Assembly: GCA_002861595.1 (NCBI GenBank)
Contig: PJQG01000026.1
Location: forward strand, 442 to 64,441
From: Actinomycetota bacterium
GTDB taxonomy: Bacteria; Actinomycetota; Acidimicrobiia; Acidimicrobiales; GCA-2861595
DNA length: 64,000 nt
Direction of reading: 5' to 3'
Shown piece after piece: positions 26,809-36,547 of the stretch. A program made the translations under genes and the position numbers. Numbering within the stretch: position 1 is the stretch's first letter; every line of letters begins with the position of its first letter. The notes under the pieces are model-generated. The model saw nothing but the letters and a program-made list of their open reading frames with translations, searched no databases and had not been told where the DNA came from.

Positions 26809-26924
26809 GGAATCCCTTCATGGTCTCGCAGCGTCGCAGGCGGCACGATAGTTCCAGCGGCCCTCGATGAACCAGCATCCTCCGTCGGACCAGGGCGTGG
26901 TCCGAGGCATCGGGCCGCCGGCCC

Positions 26925-29060
26925 ATGCTCCCCCGCCTGGGACTGCTGAGCTACCGTCACCCAGTGGACGTCTCGACCCAGACGAACCGGCGCGCGGCGG
27001 AACCACTCCGAGCAGTTGTCGCGCGAGCCTCCACGGTCCATCTCCCGCGCCTCACTGTCCCGAATGGGCCCTGGCTTCCGGTCCTGGTCCTGGCGTCCTG
27101 GGCGGTCGTCGCCTCGTTGTTCGTCTTCCCGAACCTGTCCCACAACCACGACGAGGGGATCTATCTCACGCAGGCGGACGCGCTGCGCCAGGGCGACCTC
27201 ACCGTCGAGGCGCCGGCCAATGCGCTGTCCTTCCGACCGTGGCTGACTGCCGTCCACCATGGCAGGTACGTGTTCAAGTACACGCCCGTCCACTCCGCCT
27301 TCCTCGCCGCCGCCCGAACCGTCTTCGGCACCTACCGAGCGGGCCTCGTGCTCATCACAGGTGCGCTCGTCGGCCTCGTCTACCTGTTGGCCCGTGAGCT
27401 CGGCGCGAACAAGCGGACCGGCGTCGTGGCGGCATGGTTGTTCGGCCTGTCCCCCCTCGTCGTGATCCAGGCGGGAACCTACCTGCCGTACCTGAGCATG
27501 GTGGCTCTGCTGGCCGGGTTCGCAGTCACACTGCTGCGGGGTCTTCGCCTCCAGCAGGCGCGATGGCTGGCCTTGTCCGGAGGGCTCATCGGCCTCGGCG
27601 TCTTCGCACGTCCTTTCGACGCCGTGCTCTTCGGCGGGCCCTTCGCCGTCCACCTGCTTCTCGTGGCCGCACGGCGACGGGAGATGGTGCGCTGCGTCGG
27701 CCCGGTCGCCCTCGGTGCCCTCCCGCCGCTCGCCTCGATGCTGCTGTTCAACCGCGCCGTGACGGGGAGCTTCTCGGCCCTGCCCTTCAACCTGCTGGAG
27801 CCATCCGACACGGTCGGCTTTGGCTTGCACCGGATCGCCCCCGGCTATGGCTTCGTCCGCTACGGCATCGAGGAGGTACTGGCCGCCTTCAGGTCTCAGG
27901 CGCTGTGGCTGCAGCTCTTCGCCTTCGGTGGCCCCGTGCTCATCGGGCTGTTCGTGTGGCACTGCTCCAAGAACCGCGGCGGTGGCCGCCTCGCCGCGCT
28001 CGCCGCCACCGCGGTAACGGTGCCGGTCGGCTATCTCTTCTTCTGGGGGCCGTACAACATGAGCCACCTCTGGCAGGGCATCGCCTACCTCGGCCCGTTC
28101 TACTGGATGCCGATGCTGCTCCCGCTCGCCGTCGGCGGTGCCCTCGGCCTGCACCGGCTGCACCGCCTCCGTCCACGACTGGCCGTCGTCGCCGCCGGCG
28201 TGATGGTGTGCCTCGACCTCGCCGGGATCGGCTACGCCGTCCTCGCCAACTACCGAGCCAGCGACAAGCGTGCCGCGGTCACCGCCGGCGTCGATGCCAG
28301 CCGCTCCCCGCTGACCCGGCGCCTGGTCATCCTCCCCGCGACCAACGGCCCCTGGCTGCTGCACCCGCTGCCCAACCTGCGGAACCCACCCGAGCTCGAC
28401 ACCGGTGCCGACCTCTACGCCGTGGACCGCGGCGCCCGCAATCTTGGCGTTCTCGCGCAGTTCCCCGACCGGGCGCCGTACCAGCTGCAAGCGCGCTCGA
28501 CCATCGACGAACGCCCGGGCTCGACCCAGCGCGCGCAGCTGGTGCCGCTGGCCGTCTCCTCCGCCGCGGCCTTCGACGTACGGATGAGGTTCACCAACCC
28601 GACGGCCAACCGCCACGTCGCTGTCCAGGTGGTGCTGAATAGCCGGGTCGAACGCCTGGTGATCGACGACGCATCCGTTCGAGGCCGGACCTACGACGTG
28701 GCCTTCCGCCTCACCCCGTTGGGCGTCGAGTGGACCGACCAGCGGGACTGGCGCCGTGCCGGGCGGGTCGCCAAAGATTTCCCGCTGACGATCTCGGCCA
28801 TGTTCAGCGCCGATGAGAGCCTCGACCGACGCCGCATCGTCGAGCGGCGCTACTGGTACCGCACCGGACCGGGCCAAGAGCTCGAGGTGCTGCTCCCCGG
28901 CGAGCCGTTCGTCAACCGCCGCTGGCCCACCGGAGGGTGGGAGCCGGACGCAGCCGAGGGCGTGGACATCACAGTCGAGCCAGTCGGAGGGATGACCAGC
29001 TCGGTGTCGTCAGGCGTCGGCGACAGAACGGGCGTGGCGGAGGCCAGCTCGCGCAGCTAG
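26925..29060 (+). CDS. GT-C membrane glycosyltransferase (ArnT/PMT_2-like) with ~230-aa C-terminal soluble domain
   Basis: 711-aa ORF. NHDEGIYLTQADALRQGDL first-loop motif, many TM helices, then a hydrophilic beta-rich tail. Start uncertain. Confidence 0.7.
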   Translation: MLPRLGLLSYRHPVDVSTQTNRRAAEPLRAVVARASTVHLPRLTVPNGPWLPVLVLASWAVVASLFVFPNLSHNHDEGIYLTQADALRQGDLTVEAPANALSFRPWLTAVHHGRYVFKYTPVHSAFLAAARTVFGTYRAGLVLITGALVGLVYLLARELGANKRTGVVAAWLFGLSPLVVIQAGTYLPYLSMVALLAGFAVTLLRGLRLQQARWLALSGGLIGLGVFARPFDAVLFGGPFAVHLLLVAARRREMVRCVGPVALGALPPLASMLLFNRAVTGSFSALPFNLLEPSDTVGFGLHRIAPGYGFVRYGIEEVLAAFRSQALWLQLFAFGGPVLIGLFVWHCSKNRGGGRLAALAATAVTVPVGYLFFWGPYNMSHLWQGIAYLGPFYWMPMLLPLAVGGALGLHRLHRLRPRLAVVAAGVMVCLDLAGIGYAVLANYRASDKRAAVTAGVDASRSPLTRRLVILPATNGPWLLHPLPNLRNPPELDTGADLYAVDRGARNLGVLAQFPDRAPYQLQARSTIDERPGSTQRAQLVPLAVSSAAAFDVRMRFTNPTANRHVAVQVVLNSRVERLVIDDASVRGRTYDVAFRLTPLGVEWTDQRDWRRAGRVAKDFPLTISAMFSADESLDRRRIVERRYWYRTGPGQELEVLLPGEPFVNRRWPTGGWEPDAAEGVDITVEPVGGMTSSVSSGVGDRTGVAEASSRS

Positions 29061-29986
29061 CGAGCCTCGGCGCCGGCGGCGGGCAGTTGCGACATCACCA
29101 GACCGTCGAGGATGTCCGCCTCCGACACCAGCAGCTCGTCGAAGCCGAAATGGCGCATGACGGTCACGAGGATGGCCGCTCCCCCCACGATGACGTCGGC
29201 GCGTGCCGCCTCGAGGCCCGGGTTGTGGAGGCGGTCGGAGCGGGACTCGGTGGCGAGGGTACGGAACACGTCCTCGGCCGCCGCCCTGGTCAGCACGAAG
29301 TGGTGGATCCGCTCGGCGTCGTACTCCTGGAGCCCGATCTCCACCGCAGCGATCGTCGTCACCGTGCCGGCCAGCCCCACCAGGCAGCGGGCCTCCTTGG
29401 CCTCGGGCAGCTCCCTCTTCACGTCGTCGAGATGGGCGCGGACCACCGAGATGGCCTGTGACAGCTCCTCGGCCGTCGGCGGGTCGGATCGCAGGAACTT
29501 CTCGGTGAGGCGCACGCAGCCGACATCGATCGAGGCGACGCCCGACGGGGCTTGGGTGCCGACCACGAACTCCGTGGAGCCGCCGCCGATGTCCACCACC
29601 AGGAATGGTCCCTCCGCCGGGTCCAACTCGGCGGTGGCGCCGAGGAAGGAGAGTCGGCCCTCCTCGGCGCCCCCCAGCAACTCCGGGGGCGCCCCCAGGG
29701 CTTCGGCGGCGGCGTCGAAGAACTCCTCACGGTTCATGGCGTCCCGGGCGGCCGAGGTCGCCGTCGCCCGGAAGGAGGCGACGCCGAGGTCGTCCATCAC
29801 GGCGCGGTAGTCGCGCAGCACGGCGACGGTTCGCTCGATGGCGGCAGGATCCAGGCGGCGTCGGGCATCCACCCCCTCACCCAGGCGGGTGATGTGCATT
29901 CGCCGGGCGAGGGGTCGGGGGTGGCGGTCCTCGCGCACGAGCAGGCGCGTCGAGTTGGTGCCGCAGTCGACGGCCGCGATCCTCAC
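29057..29986 (-). CDS. ppx: Exopolyphosphatase / Ppx-GppA family
   Basis: MRIAAVDCGTNSTRLLV and VVDIGGGSTEFV are ASKHA phosphate motifs. Conserved position after DUF501. Confidence 0.9.
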   Translation of the reverse strand: MRIAAVDCGTNSTRLLVREDRHPRPLARRMHITRLGEGVDARRRLDPAAIERTVAVLRDYRAVMDDLGVASFRATATSAARDAMNREEFFDAAAEALGAPPELLGGAEEGRLSFLGATAELDPAEGPFLVVDIGGGSTEFVVGTQAPSGVASIDVGCVRLTEKFLRSDPPTAEELSQAISVVRAHLDDVKRELPEAKEARCLVGLAGTVTTIAAVEIGLQEYDAERIHHFVLTRAAAEDVFRTLATESRSDRLHNPGLEAARADVIVGGAAILVTVMRHFGFDELLVSEADILDGLVMSQLPAAGAEAR

Positions 29987-30002
29987 CGCCGCGCCCGCGG
30001 TG

Positions 30003-30440
30003 TCATCCCGCCGTCAGCTGCTCGGCCACCCATCGCCCTACGGGATCCTCGCCGCCGGCGAGGAACCAGGCGTAGTGAGCATGGAGGCACTTGACGCCCC
30101 GGCGACTGCCGCCCACGCCGCCGGCGGGCCGAGGACCGGTATGCCCGGGGGGCAGGGCCGCGTCGCGTTCGGCGGCGTAGCGGGCATGGGCGAGAGCCAG
30201 CTCCTCGGCACCCACTGCGCTCTCGGCGGCGCGGACGCCACCCGCAGCCTCCAGCCGGCTCACGGCCTGCCGCTCGGCCTCGCCCACCAGCCAGTAGCGG
30301 GTCGGCATCGGCGTGCCGTCGTGGAGCAGCGGAGCGTTGCGGATCACCACCGGCCCGCCGCCGCCCGATCGCACCACCACCTCGAAGTCCGCCTGCGGGG
30401 CCCTCCCGAGGAGGGTGGCGACGGCATCGTCGTCGACCAC
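30003..30440 (-). CDS. DUF501 protein
   Basis: LLGRAPQADFEVVV...PMPTRYWLV...GVKCLHAHYAWFLAGGEDPVG matches the DUF501 pattern. Candidate GTG 30440 shares one base with the upstream TAG (TAGTG). Confidence 0.75.
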   Translation of the reverse strand: MVDDDAVATLLGRAPQADFEVVVRSGGGGPVVIRNAPLLHDGTPMPTRYWLVGEAERQAVSRLEAAGGVRAAESAVGAEELALAHARYAAERDAALPPGHTGPRPAGGVGGSRRGVKCLHAHYAWFLAGGEDPVGRWVAEQLTAG

Positions 30441-30835
30441 TACCGACGGCGGTGACGGCACCGGCGCCGCCGCCACCCGAAGAGCACCGCGGCGAGCGCC
30501 AGGGCGGCGAGGACCGGCCCTGCGATCTCCTTGGGGGCAGGGACGCCGAGGATGTGCAGCCCGCCCCTCTCGCCCTCGTCGTCCCGCGCCCGGCCGGCGT
30601 CGGTGGCCGATGAGCTCGCTGCGGCAGGGGGAGCCACGCCCTCGAGCTCGGGGAAACGCGCTGCTTCGTACAGCGCTGTCGCTGCGGAGGCCTTGAGCAT
30701 CTCCGTCTCGTCCCGCCCCACGTCGAAGGCGGCGACCGGGGTACCCGGAGCGGGCGATCCCGGCCCCCACGGGCGCGGGGGCTTCTCGGCCTCGGCCGGC
30801 TCTTCCTCCTCCGGAGAACGATCGCTCGGCTCCAT
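30440..30835 (-). CDS. Hypothetical acidic protein with C-terminal TM helix
   Basis: 131-aa ORF from ATG (complement 30833-30835). High third-position GC. C-terminal IAGPVLAALALAAVLFGW followed by RRRR. No family recognised. Confidence 0.35.
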   Translation of the reverse strand: MEPSDRSPEEEEPAEAEKPPRPWGPGSPAPGTPVAAFDVGRDETEMLKASAATALYEAARFPELEGVAPPAAASSSATDAGRARDDEGERGGLHILGVPAPKEIAGPVLAALALAAVLFGWRRRRCRHRRR

Positions 30836-30866
30836 GCCGTGCACGCTACTTTCGGGCACCCTTCCG

Positions 30867-31383
30867 ATGCCGTCGTCTTCCGTCCTTCGCGGTCTGCTCC
30901 TGGCCTCGGCTCTGGCCTGGGGCGCGGCTCCCGGTCCCGCCGCAGCCCAACTCCTTCCCACCGACCCGACGACAACGACCACCACCACGACCACCACCAC
31001 GACCACCACGGCGCCCCCCAGGTCGGCGCCCACCACCATCCCGGCCACGACGACGACGACCGCCGCGCCGGTTACGAGCAGCACGGCGGCGACAACGACA
31101 CTGGCGCCGACCACGACCAAGCCCAGCGGCAACACGTCGTCGACCACGACCACCGTCGCCTCGACCACCGCAACCACCACCCCGCCGCCGGAGACACTTC
31201 CCCCGGCCGGAGGGCCGGACGCCGCCGGCGAGGCGCCACCACCCTCGCTGCCGGCCCTCGCCCGGGGTGGGGGGACGAGGGTCAACTGGGCCGCCGTGGT
31301 CAGCCTGGCCGGCTTCGCCACCGCGTTCGCCATCCTGGCTCTCCCCGGGATCCTGCAACGCCGGCAGCAACCGACGCCACGGG

Positions 31384-31400
<17 letters not shown>
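30867..31400 (+). CDS. Secreted Thr/Pro-rich protein with C-terminal membrane anchor
   Basis: ATG 30867: MPSSSVLRGLLLASALAWGAAPGPAAAQ signal-like N-terminus. T-runs (PTDPTTTTTTTTTTTTTTAPP...). C-terminal VNWAAVVSLAGFATAFAILALPGIL plus a basic tail. The antisense reading would be poly-Val. Confidence 0.5.
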
Positions 31401-33080
<1,680 letters not shown>

Positions 33081-33154
33081 TTACTGCATGGTGCCCGGTG
33101 GAGCGAGAATGGGAGGAGGAAGGACCGGCCCGCCGAAGCGCCTAGATTCCTGCC

Positions 33155-33604
33155 GTGCAGAGCCACCTCCTCGGCACCGAGCACTGGCTGGCCGTGCTGC
33201 GCATCGGCATCGGGCTGTGGTGGCTCGAGAGCTGGCGGCACAAGGACAAGCGGGCATGGCTGGAGCGGGGGGCCGGCATCGACTGGGCCGCGTCGGTGGC
33301 AGAGAAACACCCATGGGCGCTGGTGCGGTCTGCGTTTTCCCGCCTGGTGCTCCCCCGCAGGCGCGCCGCGTCATACCTGGTCGTGTTCGGCGAGCTGGCC
33401 ATAGGCCTGGGCCTGACGCTCGGCTTCCTCACGCCGGTGGCCGCCGGCGCCGGCCTGATCTTGAACGTCGCCTACTTCATCCTCATGATCAAGGACTGGG
33501 CCGAACAGGGCCAGAACTCGATGATGGCGCTCATCGAGGTGGTCGTGCTCGGGACCGCGGCCTGGCAGGCGTGGTCGCTCGACGCTGCTCTCGGGCTCTT
33601 CTGA
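33155..33604 (+). CDS. DoxX-family membrane protein
   Basis: 149 aa, four hydrophobic helices, LRIGIGLWWLESWRHK and FGELAIGLGLTLGFLTPVAA are typical of DoxX. Confidence 0.75.
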   Translation: MQSHLLGTEHWLAVLRIGIGLWWLESWRHKDKRAWLERGAGIDWAASVAEKHPWALVRSAFSRLVLPRRRAASYLVVFGELAIGLGLTLGFLTPVAAGAGLILNVAYFILMIKDWAEQGQNSMMALIEVVVLGTAAWQAWSLDAALGLF

Positions 33605-33630
33605 TCCACCTGCGAGGCACCTGTGAGGTC

Positions 33631-33669
33631 GTGTGCAGAACACCGCGCATGGCGCGGCCTTCTGCACAC
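33631..33669. terminator. Bidirectional hairpin between convergent genes (GTGTGCAGAA..CCGCGC-atg-GCGCGG..TTCTGCACAC)
   Basis: 10-bp outer plus 6-bp inner complementary arms read directly. Lies between the stops at 33604 (+) and 33689 (-). Confidence 0.6.
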
Positions 33670-33688
33670 GCCTCGCCCCCGACGACGA

Positions 33689-34069
33689 CTACGGGACCCG
33701 TTGCGCCAGGTGGGCGCCGGCCGCCGCGCCCCCGACGGCCGCGGCCATGGCGGTGAGCGCCTTGCGGGTGGGGATGCGGCCGAGGGCCAGGAGCGAGGCC
33801 ACGGCGTCGGCGGCGTCAGAGGCGGCACCGACCTGGAGCCAACGCCGCAGCGGTGCTCCGTCGGCCATCGCCAGCAGGGTGCCGGCGCCGATGGCCAGGT
33901 CCCGCGCCGCGAAGCACCGGGCGATGGCCCTGGTCCCGGGGCGACGGGCGTCGTCGCCGATCCAGCCCGTGAGCAGACGGGGCATCACCAGCAGCGTGGC
34001 GCCGATGACCACCCGGGCCCCGGCGTACCACCTGGCCATCTCGCCGTCGTCGCTCGTCGTCCTCATCAT
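33689..34069 (-). CDS. Small hydrophobic protein, unknown function
   Basis: 126 aa from ATG 34069 (ATGA overlap with the mazG stop). Three or four hydrophobic segments. No family recognised. Confidence 0.5.
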   Translation of the reverse strand: MMRTTSDDGEMARWYAGARVVIGATLLVMPRLLTGWIGDDARRPGTRAIARCFAARDLAIGAGTLLAMADGAPLRRWLQVGAASDAADAVASLLALGRIPTRKALTAMAAAVGGAAAGAHLAQRVP

Positions 34070-35475
34070 GTCGGCGCTCCCTTCACCTCGTCCCACAGGC
34101 GGTCGAGCCCGGCGAGATCCAGCTCCGACAGAGCCAGGCCCCGCTCCGCAGCCAGGGCCTCGACGCCGGCGAAGCGGGCACAGAACTTGGACGTGGCCAC
34201 CCGCAGGGCGGCCTCCGGCTCGAGGCCAAGGTGGCGGGCCACATTGACAACGGAGAAGAGCAGGTCCCCCAACTCCTCCTCGCTAGGCTCGGCCCGCAGC
34301 TCGGCCAGCTCCTCGTCCACCTTCACGAAGGGCCCCTCAACCGAGTCCCAGTCGAAGCCGACGGACGCGGCCCGGCGCTGCACCTTGGCCGCGTAGAGCA
34401 GCGACGGCAGAGCGGCGGGGATGCCTTCCATCACGCTGGAGCGGCCCTTCTCGGCCTGCTTGATCCGGTCCCAGTTGGCCGTCACCTCACCCGGCGTACC
34501 CGCCTGCACGTCGCCGAAGACGTGAGGGTGGCGGTGCACCAGCTTGTCGTGGATGCCCCGGGCCACGTCGGCCAGGGTGAACTCGCCCTCCTCGGCGCCG
34601 AGGGTGGCGTGGAACACCACCTGGAACAGCAGGTCGCCCAGCTCCTCGCGAAGGTGCGCGAGGTTCCCCGACTCGATGGCCTCGACCGTTTCGTAGGCCT
34701 CCTCGAGGAGGTGGCCGCCCAGGCTGGCGTGGGTCTGCTCGCGGTCCCAGGGGCAGCGCCGGCGCAGCGTGCGCACCAGCTCGGCGAAGGCCGCCAGCTC
34801 CCGGCCCACGGGCGCGGCGAGCTCGGGGACCCACAGCGACGTCAGGTGGTCCGGCTCCACCACCCGGTCGAGGTCCTCCCAGGCCACCTCGGTGATGCAC
34901 TCTTCGGGCAGCCCCAGGCGCTGCAGCACGGTCACCTGCCCGGGGAGCGGCCCGTCCAGGTCGTCGACGGCCAGCTTGATCTCCGACAGCACCATGGCCG
35001 AGTCGCACTGGGCCACCAGCAGCGGGCCCCGCTCCCCCGCCGCCTCGGTGGCGAAGCGCCGCCCGTCCACCAGGCGGACCCCCTCCCGAAGGGGATCGAC
35101 GCCGAGGCGGTCCCAGGCCAGGTCGGTGAAGGAAACGGCAGGGAGGACCTCGACGTCGGCCGGGTTCCAAGCCCGCAACAGCTCCACGGTGCGCTCGGCC
35201 ACCGCCGGCGAGCCGGGCACCAGGTACAGCACCTCCCCGTGCTCGGCGGCGGCGTCCACCAGCGCGTCGACGATGACGGCGTAGACGTCGCCGATCGTTC
35301 CGCAGCGCTCGTACACGTGGTCGAAGCTGGCGGCATCGGGCACGGCGGCGGCCGCGTGGTGACGGGACGTGCGCAGGAAGCGGTGCGGGATCCGCTCGAT
35401 GGCGGCCGCCGTGGCGGCCGTGAGCAACTCCGGGCCGGCCGGGCCGAGACCGGCCGCCACGACCCGCCCGCTCAC
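34066..35475 (-). CDS. mazG: YabN-type fusion: tetrapyrrole-methylase-like domain + MazG NTP pyrophosphohydrolase
   Basis: C-terminal tandem MazG repeats (LLEEAYETVEAIE, EELGDLLFQVVFHA, EELGDLLFSVVNVARHLG). N-terminal TP_methylase-like GEVLYLVPGSPAVAE. GTGA overlap with the upstream stop. Confidence 0.85.
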   Translation of the reverse strand: MSGRVVAAGLGPAGPELLTAATAAAIERIPHRFLRTSRHHAAAAVPDAASFDHVYERCGTIGDVYAVIVDALVDAAAEHGEVLYLVPGSPAVAERTVELLRAWNPADVEVLPAVSFTDLAWDRLGVDPLREGVRLVDGRRFATEAAGERGPLLVAQCDSAMVLSEIKLAVDDLDGPLPGQVTVLQRLGLPEECITEVAWEDLDRVVEPDHLTSLWVPELAAPVGRELAAFAELVRTLRRRCPWDREQTHASLGGHLLEEAYETVEAIESGNLAHLREELGDLLFQVVFHATLGAEEGEFTLADVARGIHDKLVHRHPHVFGDVQAGTPGEVTANWDRIKQAEKGRSSVMEGIPAALPSLLYAAKVQRRAASVGFDWDSVEGPFVKVDEELAELRAEPSEEELGDLLFSVVNVARHLGLEPEAALRVATSKFCARFAGVEALAAERGLALSELDLAGLDRLWDEVKGAPT

Positions 35476-36527
35476 TGCTGGGGTACGGGGATGGGCGCGC
35501 TGGGCGGGGTGGTGACGGCGCCCTTGGGCGGACTTGGAGGACGTACTCCTGGGTTCTGGCCGGTCTTGACGAAGGTGCCGTAGCGGGGGTTCACCTCGAT
35601 CTTGGCCCTGCGCACCGCCTTGTCCACGAAGGCGGCCACCGGCCCGGCCCCCTGCGACTGCAACCGCTGGCGGATCTCCGGCGTGGCCTCCTCCAGCGTG
35701 AGCTTCTGGCGGGACGTCACCTCGATGATGTGGAACCCGAACTGGGTCCTCACGGGATCGCTGACCTGTCCCGGCTGGAGGGCGTCCATGGCCTGTTGGA
35801 ACTCGGGGACGAGCCCACCCGAGGGCAGGCAGCCCAGCGCGCCTCCCTGCTCGGCGCTGCCTCCCTCGCCGCCGTCCTGCCCCCGGTCCGACGATTCGGC
35901 CACGGCTATGGCGGCAAAGTCCTCGCCGGCGACGATGCGGGCCTTGATGGCCGCCGCCTTCTCCTCGGTGTCCACCAGGATGTGGCGGACGCAGGTGCGG
36001 TCGAACACCGGCCTGTTCTGCTCGTAGAACTCGGCCACCTCGGTGGGGTCGACCTCGGGAGGACCGAGCGTCTCCTGGAGGGCGAAGACCTCGGCGAACT
36101 GTTCGACCAGCTTGTCCCGGTACGACTTGGAGAAGCCGTTGAACAGCTCCTGGCCGCCGAGCAGGCCCACGACCTGCTGGCGCGCCGCCTGGCGCTGCTC
36201 CGCGGTGGGGACGAGGTCGCGCCGGCGTACCTCCTGGTGGATCAGCTCCAGGCTGATGCGGCGATCGAGCAGGGCGGCGATGAAGGTGGTGGAGAAGGTG
36301 TCGTTGCCCGCCCCGCGCACCCGCCCGGCGCCGGGCTGCCCCGGCGCTCCCTGGTCGATGAGGTCGAGGTACTCCTTGTTGGCGAGGATGGCCTCGAGCT
36401 CGCTTTCCACCTCGTCCCGGTCGATGCGCACGCCGTTGACCTTGGCCGCGTAGCCGCCGAGGGACCCGCACCCGCCCAGGGCGAGGACAGCCACAGCCAC
36501 GACGAAAAGGGAGAGCAGGCGTCTCAC
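35472..36527 (-). CDS. Parvulin-type peptidyl-prolyl isomerase lipoprotein (PrsA/SurA-like)
   Basis: GTG 36527. Lipobox LALGGC. VRHILV...FGFHIIEV is the PpiC rotamase signature. Confidence 0.85.
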   Translation of the reverse strand: MRRLLSLFVVAVAVLALGGCGSLGGYAAKVNGVRIDRDEVESELEAILANKEYLDLIDQGAPGQPGAGRVRGAGNDTFSTTFIAALLDRRISLELIHQEVRRRDLVPTAEQRQAARQQVVGLLGGQELFNGFSKSYRDKLVEQFAEVFALQETLGPPEVDPTEVAEFYEQNRPVFDRTCVRHILVDTEEKAAAIKARIVAGEDFAAIAVAESSDRGQDGGEGGSAEQGGALGCLPSGGLVPEFQQAMDALQPGQVSDPVRTQFGFHIIEVTSRQKLTLEEATPEIRQRLQSQGAGPVAAFVDKAVRRAKIEVNPRYGTFVKTGQNPGVRPPSPPKGAVTTPPSAPIPVPQQ

Positions 36528-36547
36528 GCTCCTGGCGATGCTACCTC

